The notes under the pieces: model-generated | The model's database searches: none | Told to the model about the DNA's origin: nothing | What the model saw: only the letters and a program-made list of their open reading frames with translations | Position numbers and translations under genes: made by a program | Part shown: positions 18,655-27,368 of the stretch, one piece after another | Position numbering within the stretch: the stretch's first letter is position 1 | How the letters are laid out: every line of letters begins with the position of its first letter | From: Candidatus Hermodarchaeota archaeon | Lineage (GTDB): Archaea > Asgardarchaeota > Heimdallarchaeia > Hodarchaeales > Hodarchaeaceae | Assembly (NCBI GenBank): GCA_048886185.1 | Contig: JBHLKY010000026.1 | Span: 1 to 32,000, forward strand | Reading direction: 5' to 3' | DNA length: 32,000 nucleotides

Positions 18655-18907
18655 AAAAATTACTCTCTTCAGTCATAAAATATCCTACTCAATCAATGTG
18701 ATAAGAAGCTTGATATTCTCCTCAATTTTTAGAGTTATAGTATCTAAAGCACTGTTCAACTTCATAGATGAGGATTACTTAATGAAAATGTTCAATATTA
18801 AAATTTTATCTTACACTCTAAAAAAACAAATTTTTAAAGCATTACCTTTTACCTATATCTATTATTAAACTTGTATTGAGAATATCAGTAATATTGTCGG
18901 TGATATT

Positions 18908-20350
18908 ATGTCAGAGATTGTGTTGCAGGGTAAGCTTGTGGATTTGAAAACTGCAGTAGAAGAAACAGTAGAAGAGAAATGGCAAACTAAATCGCTAAAA
19001 AAACAAATTGAAGCAGCAGGATTAAGAAGAAAAGGGTTTATGATGCCTTTAGATGCAGTGGATGTTACAGAGAGAGATATTTCGTTAGCTAAGCAATTTA
19101 TGCCAGAGATGCAGTTATCAGGAATCGAATTGCGAGGAGAACGTAAATCCAAGGCTTGGGGAGGATCATATTTTAGAATTCTAGAAAGTATTGAGGAAAA
19201 TGATGAGCGCTGCATTCAGTGGATATATGTTTGGACCAAACAACGGTTTTTTATTTCTCTCTGGATGACTGTTCTCCCCTTATTCGCACTTGGTTTAATG
19301 GGGACATTAATATACTCTTACCTCTCATTTAAGTCAGCATTAATTTCTGTAGTTCTTATTGGGGGGATTTTCTTTCTTTTAGGAGCGAGAGAGTTGTATT
19401 CGGCAATCAAGGGATTAACAAAAGGTAGATACTACTTTAGTAATGGCCAGCTTTTCATTATTTTTGGAATCGTCTTTTGGGCGCTTTTGGGTGAGATTTA
19501 TATTAGTAAAGGTTCTCAAAAACAAGAGCTCATTGATGGTGCAGAGTCTTGGCATGAACTCCCAGTAGGTCAAGAAATAGTGGATAATGTTTCAAACACT
19601 CTTAATTTGGAGTATATGCTTAAAATATCCTGGATTAGTGTGCTATTTTTCGTTGCAGCTATAGTGGCATTGGTTCTCTGGAAATGGGAACCTCCTTCAT
19701 TTACACATGTAACTCATGCTATGGATTGGGCACCTTTTTTCATTTATATTCGTAAAAAAGATAATAAATGGCAATTAGATAAAGTTAGATATGATCACTT
19801 TCATTATTACGCTGAAACATTAACTTATGACAACTTGAAAAAGCAAAAAGCCATAACAAAGGATCAGAAACCACGATTTGAAATCGCTAATTTTTGGCAC
19901 AGTTTCCGACCCAATGGAGGATTCAATGATTGGGTTGCAGTTTTATTTGGTCTTATAATTGTAATAATCTCGGTATTATTAGCAGTGATTTCTTTCACTA
20001 GTTTTTCTGATAGAGTTTTATTAACACATGAGGTTGTTCGTTTTGTTATAGTCCCCTTACTGTTATTTATTGGAGTATACTTGATTTTTGCTAGATGGCC
20101 TACAAATGTCGTCAGTAAAAAAATTAAATTATCAGATCCAATCTATTATCTGACTGAAAATCGCTTACGAATATTCTGGAATTTGAGAGGAGAAGAACCC
20201 GCATTAAAGGTTCGATCAAAACTTCAAGATCCATTCATGGACGATGAGGATTTTGGTACATTCCGAGACGATCTTGAACAGATTGTGTTTTACAATTTAC
20301 TCCCTAAAGTCAGAGAACTTGAACAAAAAGACTTCTTCCAGAGATTGTAA
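18908..20350 (+). CDS. hypothetical membrane protein (~6 TM) with a possible split Vps62/NPP1-like soluble domain
   Basis: 480-aa ORF with four TMs, a soluble His/Asp/Trp-rich segment, then two more TMs. The ORF is reliable; the domain call is tentative. Confidence 0.75.
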   Translation: MSEIVLQGKLVDLKTAVEETVEEKWQTKSLKKQIEAAGLRRKGFMMPLDAVDVTERDISLAKQFMPEMQLSGIELRGERKSKAWGGSYFRILESIEENDERCIQWIYVWTKQRFFISLWMTVLPLFALGLMGTLIYSYLSFKSALISVVLIGGIFFLLGARELYSAIKGLTKGRYYFSNGQLFIIFGIVFWALLGEIYISKGSQKQELIDGAESWHELPVGQEIVDNVSNTLNLEYMLKISWISVLFFVAAIVALVLWKWEPPSFTHVTHAMDWAPFFIYIRKKDNKWQLDKVRYDHFHYYAETLTYDNLKKQKAITKDQKPRFEIANFWHSFRPNGGFNDWVAVLFGLIIVIISVLLAVISFTSFSDRVLLTHEVVRFVIVPLLLFIGVYLIFARWPTNVVSKKIKLSDPIYYLTENRLRIFWNLRGEEPALKVRSKLQDPFMDDEDFGTFRDDLEQIVFYNLLPKVRELEQKDFFQRL

Positions 20351-20386
20351 GATTCCTTTCTTTCTCCTCTCCTCTCTTTTTCTATT
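20351..20386 (+). terminator. pyrimidine-rich terminator candidate
   Basis: GATTCCTTTCTTTCTCCTCTCCTCTCTTTTTCT immediately follows the TAA at 20350, as expected for archaeal oligo-T/pyrimidine terminators. Confidence 0.4.
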
Positions 20387-20800
20387 CAGAGCTTAAGTGG
20401 TCCTATAGAACCTGATCTGCTAGTCAATAGACTCTTACTTTTCATGGCTTCTGATATTTACCATCTTTTGTGCCATTCGTAGATATTCTTCTATTTGCAC
20501 CTTATGTACTAGTTCTTTCATGGATATTTTGTCTTCTATAAGGTTTTGGGATGAATCTTATGCACTATTTTCCATGAAGAAAGTTAATGGGTTCATCTTA
20601 CGGAGAATATTTTCTCCAACGGGTGAAAGTTCAAAAGTTCTGCTAATTTCTTTTCTTTGTTAATCAATATTAAACTAAACAAAAATTCAAGTTAATTTGA
20701 TAAATCTCACTAAAATATCTTTAAAGGCCTAATACTTTATTTAAAGGACTCAAAATACCCACATTCAGATAAATTTTTCAACATTATGGAGGTATAAGAA

Positions 20801-21694
20801 ATTAAAGACGATTGGACTCATAATTATAAAAATGTAGGTGAAATAAAAATCCATTATGTCGAGGAGGGTTCTGGAGACTTAATCATCTTACTTCATGGAT
20901 TTCCTGATTTTTGGTACTCGTGGAGACTACAAATACCAGTATTATCAAGAAACTTCAGAGTTGTTGCTCCAGATTTACGTGGGTATAACAAAAGTAGTAA
21001 ACCTAAAGGTGTGGATAATTATTCAACTTCTGTTCTTGTCAACGATATCCTTGGTCTTATGGAAGCTTTAGGAGAAGAAAAAGCAGTTATTATAGGTCAT
21101 GATTGGGGTGGTTTTATAGCGTGGAACCTGGCAATGAAGTCGCCCGAAAAACTATCCAAGCTTGTTATTATCAATTGTCCTCATCCTATACCACTTTTAG
21201 AAGCATTCTGGTCAATGCGATTTCAACAACTACAAAAAAGTTGGTATGTCTTTTTTTTTCAGATCCCAAGGATTCCTGAAGAAATAGCGAGTAAAGATAA
21301 TTACGAGGTTCTTCAAAGAATGCTCCTTGGTTCTGTCAGCTCTAAACAGGTATTCAAAGAAGAAGATATACAAAAATACATCGAGGCATGGTCCCAACCT
21401 GGAGCATTAGAGGCGAGTATCAATTACTATCGGGCAAACTGGAACATCACCCAGATACTTTCCATTAAGAAAGAACATCAAGAAGAACTTATTCAAAGGT
21501 TTCCAAAAATAAAATGTCCTACACTGGTAATTTGGGGGGAAAAAGATGTTGCGTTAGATAGATCGTTAACATATGGTTTGGAAGAACACATAGAGGGATC
21601 ACATAAGATAGTGTATCACCCTGAATTTGGACATTGGATTCATGTAGAAACACCTGAATTTGTTAATAATACAATTCTATCGTTCCTCAAATAA
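20801..21694 (+). CDS. alpha/beta hydrolase, epoxide hydrolase-like (297 aa), with non-canonical ATT start or a recent start/nonsense lesion
   Basis: The frame of the 21011 ORF stays open upstream to a TAA at 20795 and encodes IHYVEEGSG..IILLHGFPDFWYSWR..APDLRGY. Also GHDWGG nucleophile, SWY and NYYRA tyrosines, WGEKD and GHWIH. SD GGAGGT at 20788-20793. Confidence 0.85.
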   Translation: MKDDWTHNYKNVGEIKIHYVEEGSGDLIILLHGFPDFWYSWRLQIPVLSRNFRVVAPDLRGYNKSSKPKGVDNYSTSVLVNDILGLMEALGEEKAVIIGHDWGGFIAWNLAMKSPEKLSKLVIINCPHPIPLLEAFWSMRFQQLQKSWYVFFFQIPRIPEEIASKDNYEVLQRMLLGSVSSKQVFKEEDIQKYIEAWSQPGALEASINYYRANWNITQILSIKKEHQEELIQRFPKIKCPTLVIWGEKDVALDRSLTYGLEEHIEGSHKIVYHPEFGHWIHVETPEFVNNTILSFLK

Positions 21695-21800
21695 GACTTG
21701 CAGTTTTCTTAAAAAGAAACATGGAGTTCAGACCCTATATAACCCATTCTGATAATGATTTAAAGGGCACATTTGCGTTCATTACTTGGAGGTTGTTCAG

Positions 21801-22730
21801 ATGAAAAAGTACAGGCAAATAGATGAGAGTGAAATCTCAAACCAATTCTTAATCAGTGAGAGTACCTCAGAAAATGAGATGAAAATAGTTCAGAAAGGCT
21901 TAAAGGATCATAATAAGAAATATCCTGGTGGGGAGTTAGACATTCCTACCCCAGATGTCAGTTTAGTATTAAAGGATGATAAGGGGAATGTCGTAGGGGG
22001 AGTAATAACGAGTATGCTGACTGGAATCATGCATCTTGAGGTTTTATGGGTGGATGAAAAGTATCGTGGTCGTGGTTATGGTAGAGATCTTGTGTTGCAG
22101 GCTGAAAGAATTGGGAAAGAAAAGGGGTACCCAGCATCGCAAACGTGGACCTTCTCATTCCAAGCACCTGAGTTTTATCAAAGAATTGGTTACAATATTG
22201 TGGGAATCTTTGAAGGTTATACTGATGGAATCATTGAATATATCCTCCTGAAGAAATTCAGGTCAATTGAAGGGCTGGAGAACAAGGATATTGAACCAAA
22301 TCGTAATGGATTTACCATTTCTGAAGATAAATCTAAGGAATCAATGGAGATTCTTCACGAAGGATTACGTAAATATGTCAGAAAACACGTTGGTGAATTA
22401 AGAAAGAATTATCCTGGAATAGGAATCAAATTAATTGGAAAAAATGCAGAGGGTCAAGTTATTGGGGGATTACAAGCTTATACAACACTTAAAGCTGTGC
22501 ATATTGAGAGTCTCTGGATTGATGGAAAATATCGTAACCAAGGTTATGGTAGAGAACTCTTGATGACTGCAGAAAGAATTGCGACAGATAATTACTGCAT
22601 TTCAGGATTAGTTAATGTTTTATCATTCCAATCCCCAGAATTCTTTCAGAACCATGGATATAAGATATTCGGGATTTCTGACGGCTACCCTAATGCCATA
22701 AAAGAATACTTTCTCATTAAGAAATTCTAG
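21801..22730 (+). CDS. tandem (two-domain) GNAT acetyltransferase
   Basis: Two repeats: LWVDEKYRGRGYGR...SFQAPEFY and LWIDGKYRNQGYGR...SFQSPEFF. ATG 21801 lies 7 nt after GGAGGT. Confidence 0.92.
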   Translation: MKKYRQIDESEISNQFLISESTSENEMKIVQKGLKDHNKKYPGGELDIPTPDVSLVLKDDKGNVVGGVITSMLTGIMHLEVLWVDEKYRGRGYGRDLVLQAERIGKEKGYPASQTWTFSFQAPEFYQRIGYNIVGIFEGYTDGIIEYILLKKFRSIEGLENKDIEPNRNGFTISEDKSKESMEILHEGLRKYVRKHVGELRKNYPGIGIKLIGKNAEGQVIGGLQAYTTLKAVHIESLWIDGKYRNQGYGRELLMTAERIATDNYCISGLVNVLSFQSPEFFQNHGYKIFGISDGYPNAIKEYFLIKKF

Positions 22731-22857
22731 GCTAGCAAAGGATCATATTTGGCTTTGTATATGTCCATGGTTTTCAGAGCTTTTTCCATGGATAGAAACC
22801 TGCCAATGCCATTTTAAATCCTTTTTTATTGTCACTTAAATTACTATTTCTCATCCC

Positions 22858-22924
22858 TTGTACAATTTCTCGAATTTAGGAAGCATTCAATTGTACGATG
22901 GTACAAAATAATATAAAAGTACAA
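22858..22924 (+). promoter_or_regulatory. promoter with TATA box and repeated GTACAA operator sites
   Basis: TTGTACAA (22858-65), TTGTAC-GATG-GTACAA (22891-22906), TATAAAA (22912-18) and GTACAA (22919-24). SD-like GAGGA at 22951-55 precedes GTG 22962. Confidence 0.55.
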
Positions 22925-22961
22925 AAAATCTTTTCCCTTTGTTAATTCTTGAGGAATCAAA

Positions 22962-24302
22962 GTGAATTTCTATAAAGAAGAGCTAGCTAATTTCATCCAA
23001 GCAAGGCCACAATCGGAAAAATTATGGAAAAGATCCATTGAGATTATTCCTGGAGGTGTATCGCATAATATACGAAACCTAGGCCTTCCCTCCATCGGAG
23101 CTTTTCCTGTATTCATTAAATCTGGACATGATGCATATTTAATTGATGTTGACGGTTTAAAATACATTGATTTCTGGCAAGGCCATTATTCAATGCTCCT
23201 TGGTCACAAACATCCTGTAATCCAGCAATCTATTAAGGATAAATTAGAAGAAGGCTGGCATTTTGGAACTGTGACTGAGGATCAAGTTAAACTAGCAGAA
23301 ATCCTTATCAGTGATAATCCGAGCATTGAAGAGGTTAGGTTTAGTTCTAGTGGCACTGAGTCAACAATGTATGCCACTCGTTTAGCCCGAGCATATACAG
23401 GTAAGTCATTTATAGCTAAAGCCAAGATGGGGTGGCATGGTTATGCAGATACATTATTATATAATGTTAAGGCACCTTTTCTTGGTAAAGAGGGTAATGG
23501 AATTCTTCCAGAGGATCAAGCTGGAATTATGACATTTGAGATAAATAATGAGGAAACAGAGAAGTTAATCAGAGATAATGCACATGATTTAGCAGCAGTA
23601 ATAATAGAACCAGTATTAGGTGGTGGAGGAGGCTTTCCAGTTAACCTTGACTTCTTAAAGATGCTTAGAGAAGTGACAGAGGAGTTGGACATTCTCTTAA
23701 TCTTAGATGAAATCATTACAGGATATAGATTTTCCTATGGGCTATTTCAGAATGAATTGAAAATAATACCAGATATGACCACGATGGGTAAGATCGTTGG
23801 TGGGGGATTAGCAATTGGCGTTGTGGGTGGAAGAAAAGAAATATTAGAACAAGCTAACCCACAATTGAATAATCGTGTTTGGACGGGGGGAGGTACCTTT
23901 TCTGCTCATCCTTTGAGTATGGTTGCAGGCTTAAAAACCTTAGAAATCTTAAAGAAATCTCCTGATGACTACGATCGTACCAATCAACTTGGGGCAAAAT
24001 TCCTAAACGAATTGAATAAGTTTTTTATCAGTGAAAAGCTCTCTTTTATCGCCACAGGGCTAAAATCTTTTATTACCATACATGTCTTATCGAAATACAA
24101 TGAAAATTTAGACTTTACGAGAATTGTTCATTTAACTGATAAAAAGCGCGAAGCTTTATTACAGTTAGCATTATTAAATAGGGAGATTAGTGGAATGCAT
24201 GGTATTGGTGCTCTTTCTTTTATACATACTTCAGACCATATTCGCCATACTCAAGAAGCTCTTGAAAATATTGCTCTCCCTATCTCAAATATGAAATTCT
24301 AA
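22962..24302 (+). CDS. class III PLP aminotransferase, glutamate-1-semialdehyde aminomutase (HemL)-like
   Basis: IPGGV, YLIDVDG..YIDF, RFSSSGTESTM.A.R.ARAYTG, IIEPV, LILDEIITGYR, TMGKIVGGGL (PLP Lys) and GTFSAHP motifs. Confidence 0.88.
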   Translation: MNFYKEELANFIQARPQSEKLWKRSIEIIPGGVSHNIRNLGLPSIGAFPVFIKSGHDAYLIDVDGLKYIDFWQGHYSMLLGHKHPVIQQSIKDKLEEGWHFGTVTEDQVKLAEILISDNPSIEEVRFSSSGTESTMYATRLARAYTGKSFIAKAKMGWHGYADTLLYNVKAPFLGKEGNGILPEDQAGIMTFEINNEETEKLIRDNAHDLAAVIIEPVLGGGGGFPVNLDFLKMLREVTEELDILLILDEIITGYRFSYGLFQNELKIIPDMTTMGKIVGGGLAIGVVGGRKEILEQANPQLNNRVWTGGGTFSAHPLSMVAGLKTLEILKKSPDDYDRTNQLGAKFLNELNKFFISEKLSFIATGLKSFITIHVLSKYNENLDFTRIVHLTDKKREALLQLALLNREISGMHGIGALSFIHTSDHIRHTQEALENIALPISNMKF

Positions 24303-24318
24303 TGGATTTTTTGAAATA

Positions 24319-24693
24319 TTAAGAGATTTCTAACTTTTTCACCATTATGGAAATCAATTCTCGTTTAGAAATTAAGCTAATTTGTCTTTTCTTTTTAGCA
24401 ATATGTCTTGCTCTGTGGGAGAATCCCATAGAGGAGATAATTAAAACTTGATTAAGTTCAGGACATACTTTAAGCAGCTCCTCTGCTTTGTGGATTTGGC
24501 CAACGCCAACAATTCGCTTCCAATCCCTAACAATAACTCCAATATTTTCTGATTTTTCATCTGGCCGTGTTAACACATAAGATAACAGAGAATCAGCTAA
24601 AGGATGAGTCAGTAATTGCATAGGGTGGTGTGTGACAAAACCTAGTGATTCAAATACTGTTGCGACAAGGTTAACTAAGGGCTTTGTGTACAT
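24319..24693 (-). CDS. small Mrr-like restriction-endonuclease-fold protein, probably degenerate (paralog A, 124 aa)
   Basis: Pattern VFESLGF...ADS...IGVIVRDWKRIVG...VLIISSMGFS..A......ISLISKREL follows the Mrr_cat layout. ATG 24693 chosen by alignment to paralog B. Confidence 0.7.
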   Translation of the reverse strand: MYTKPLVNLVATVFESLGFVTHHPMQLLTHPLADSLLSYVLTRPDEKSENIGVIVRDWKRIVGVGQIHKAEELLKVCPELNQVLIISSMGFSHRARHIAKKKRQISLISKRELISIMVKKLEIS

Positions 24694-24976
24694 AATTGAA
24701 TCCCTGATTATTATATGTTTAAGATAACGATGATAATTGTGTTTATAATTTCCCGTAATACCTAAATAAGATAAAACCAGTAGATACTTAAATAAGATAA
24801 TGTGTACCAATGGAAAAAGTAATTATAACGACCTAAAACACTAATTTCAGAATCACGCCGACATAATTTATTTCTACATTTTTTAGACAAAAGTCCAAAA
24901 AGTTCCTTTAAAATGTGTTGAAAAGGCTGAAATAGGTTTTCTGTATGGTAGCTGTCTTATAAGAATCTTGAGCTCT

Positions 24977-25360
24977 TTATAAAACTTCAACCCGTTTGTG
25001 TAATAAAGAAATTAACTCTCCACGTGAAATCAATCCAATTCCGACTCTTTTAGCTAAGCGTGTGGCTGAATAAGAGAAACCCATTGAAGAGACAATCAAT
25101 ACACGATCAAGCTTTGGACAAGCGTGTAATAGCTCCTCAGCTTTATGAATTTGACCAACACCCACAATTCGTTTCCAATCCCTAATTATTACTCCAATGT
25201 ACTCTGGTTTCGGATTAACACGCTTTAATACGCAAGATAAGCGAGAATCCGCAATGGGATGTTTTAATATTTGCATAGGGTGAAGTATAATAAATTCCAA
25301 CGCGTTAAAAACTGTTGTGACAAGATCGCTCAGTGGTAGATCGGTGAAGTTATTGGACAT
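24977..25360 (-). CDS. small Mrr-like restriction-endonuclease-fold protein, probably degenerate (paralog B, 127 aa)
   Basis: About 60% identical to paralog A by hand alignment, including an identical 19-aa block. Confidence 0.75.
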   Translation of the reverse strand: MSNNFTDLPLSDLVTTVFNALEFIILHPMQILKHPIADSRLSCVLKRVNPKPEYIGVIIRDWKRIVGVGQIHKAEELLHACPKLDRVLIVSSMGFSYSATRLAKRVGIGLISRGELISLLHKRVEVL

Positions 25361-25679
25361 GATTCAATCTCAGTATGATTTTAGAATGAATATAAATATT
25401 TACAGATATTTCTATATAGAGAATATAGAAGTGTGATTCTACACTTTTCCCACGATATATTCCTAGGATAAGAATCTAAGTACTACAGCCACAATACTAA
25501 ACCAAAAATGAAGAAAATGATACTGGAATTTGTTAGATAAGCCGACTTTAATCTTTTTTTAATGAATACATCCGACAATATTCAGTTTAGATTGAATAAT
25601 TAGAAAAACAGATTATTATCCTTCGATGAAATCTAATTTTTTAAATATTAAAGATTTTCCGAACCATGTGAGAAATTAA

Positions 25680-26744
25680 ATGTCTTTGATCATGAGAGCT
25701 CCTGGAAGGATTGTACTATTTGGAGAACACCAAGATTATCTTGGACTTCCAGTTATTCCCGCTGCAATAGATTTGTATATGACAATCAAAGGGAAGGAGT
25801 CCAAATCAAATATCTATCATATCGATTTACCAGATATTCAAAGCTCTTTGTCTTTTCACGCAAATAACATAAAATATCAATTTCCTCGCGATTACCTCCG
25901 CTCTGGAGTGAGGGTTTTACAGGAAAATGGCATTATTCCAAATAATAAAGGTGCCTCTGCCGTTATTACTAGTAAGATTCCAATGCAAGTAGGACTATCC
26001 TCTTCTAGTGCTTTATGTGTGATATGGATTTCTTTTCTCGCAGAGCTTTTTGATAATCCATTGACTCCTATGGAAATTACACGATTCTCTCATCAGGCTG
26101 AGGTTCTGGAATTTAATGAACCTGGTGGGATGCAAGACCATATGGCAATCTCTCATGGGTACGTGAATTTTGAGGAGTTTGATCCGATTAAGTGTACTCG
26201 TCTCCAAATTGATTTACCTGGAATTGTCATAGGAAATTCTCTAGAGAGGAAAGATACGCTTAATACATTAGCAACCATTAAAAATGGGGTGAAGAGGGGT
26301 CTTGAATACATGAAAGTATCAAAGGTTCGAGAATTATCGATTGATGAAGTTAAGAAGTTAACTCCAGTTAAAGGACAACTAGATCAGTTCTCTCTTAATG
26401 CATTAAAATCAGCTGTTATAAATTATAAGATAACAAAAAAAGCACAGATAGAGCTCCAGAAAGCATCCACAGCTTGGGATAGAGAATACATTGGAGATCT
26501 TATGACCAAACACCATGTTTCACTTCGCGATTTTCTAGGAATTAGCACCCCAAAAATCGAATCTATGATTAAGGCTGCCATGGATGATGGTGCCTTAGGC
26601 TGCAAAATTACGGGATCAGGACATGGTGGATGTATGATTGCTTTATGTCCTGGTCATGAGAGAGATGTGAGTCAAGCAATTCAGAGTGTTGGTGCTAGTG
26701 CCCACATCGCTCAAGTTGCTTCAGGTGTATTCAGAGTTGACTAA
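25680..26744 (+). CDS. GHMP-family sugar kinase (galactokinase-like)
   Basis: APGRIVLFGEHQDY, PMQVGLSSSSA, GGMQDH and LGCKITGSGHGGC motifs. Confidence 0.88.
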   Translation: MSLIMRAPGRIVLFGEHQDYLGLPVIPAAIDLYMTIKGKESKSNIYHIDLPDIQSSLSFHANNIKYQFPRDYLRSGVRVLQENGIIPNNKGASAVITSKIPMQVGLSSSSALCVIWISFLAELFDNPLTPMEITRFSHQAEVLEFNEPGGMQDHMAISHGYVNFEEFDPIKCTRLQIDLPGIVIGNSLERKDTLNTLATIKNGVKRGLEYMKVSKVRELSIDEVKKLTPVKGQLDQFSLNALKSAVINYKITKKAQIELQKASTAWDREYIGDLMTKHHVSLRDFLGISTPKIESMIKAAMDDGALGCKITGSGHGGCMIALCPGHERDVSQAIQSVGASAHIAQVASGVFRVD

Positions 26745-26864
26745 CGCATTAAAAAGTGCTAAAAGAATTTTAATGAATTTATTTTAACTAAAATGAAAAG
26801 CATCTTCAACAATAAATCCTGAATTTATAGGCATTTAACAAAGTTTTTGGGGTTTGATTCGCAA

Positions 26865-27329
26865 ATGATTCCAGTAAAAGATAAATTTCCCTTTAAGTGG
26901 ATGTTAAAAATTATAACAACATTAGAAAAAGACAGTCCACTTACTTCCTTACAGATCGCGAAATCAATAGGCTCCTGTGTTTCAGATGCAGCAGAAGTAA
27001 CTCGTATGTTGCATTATATAACTTCCTTTGGTAAAATCGAAGCAAATTCAGGAGGTGAATGGAGAATTTTTCGAAAAAAAGAATATAAGGGCCCTCCCCC
27101 CAAGAATTATAAGGAAAATTATGGCCAAAATCTTGAAAAAATTATTCACATTCTCACAGAAGAAGCACAGACTATTGAGGAGCTAATGCTAAAAATTTCA
27201 CTTGAAAAACATGACCTAACTGAAGATCTATCTTTCCTGGCATTAATAACGGAAAAAGGATATATCCATTTACAGGAAAGCAGTTATCCTCAGCAGTGGA
27301 GCCTTAAATTTTGGTCCTCTAGCTTCTAA
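26865..27329 (+). CDS. tandem winged-helix protein (154 aa)
   Basis: Internal repeat KIITTL..SPLT..QIA...ITSFGKI...W and KIIHIL..AQTIEEL...ITEKGYI...W. ATG 26865 (alternative TTG 26847). Confidence 0.6.
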   Translation: MIPVKDKFPFKWMLKIITTLEKDSPLTSLQIAKSIGSCVSDAAEVTRMLHYITSFGKIEANSGGEWRIFRKKEYKGPPPKNYKENYGQNLEKIIHILTEEAQTIEELMLKISLEKHDLTEDLSFLALITEKGYIHLQESSYPQQWSLKFWSSSF

Positions 27330-27368
27330 AAATAGCTTACGTGGTAATTCATTTACTTTTTAAGGAAT

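Noticed and set aside
18467-18868. 133-aa plus-strand ORF
   Set aside because: It overlaps the amidohydrolase 5' end antisense and runs through an AT-rich divergent promoter region; composition (I/S/F/L/K-rich) is typical of a spurious ORF.
20390-20660. Possible decayed minus-strand gene in the 450-bp gap, and a small hairpin GGAGAA-TATT-TTCTCC (20602-20617)
   Set aside because: The fragments are short and interrupted by stops with no recognisable family; a 6-bp stem is expected by chance.
24694-24810. N-terminal extension of Mrr-like paralog A
   Set aside because: Alignment with paralog B places the start at ATG 24693, and the extension covers promoter-like repeats.
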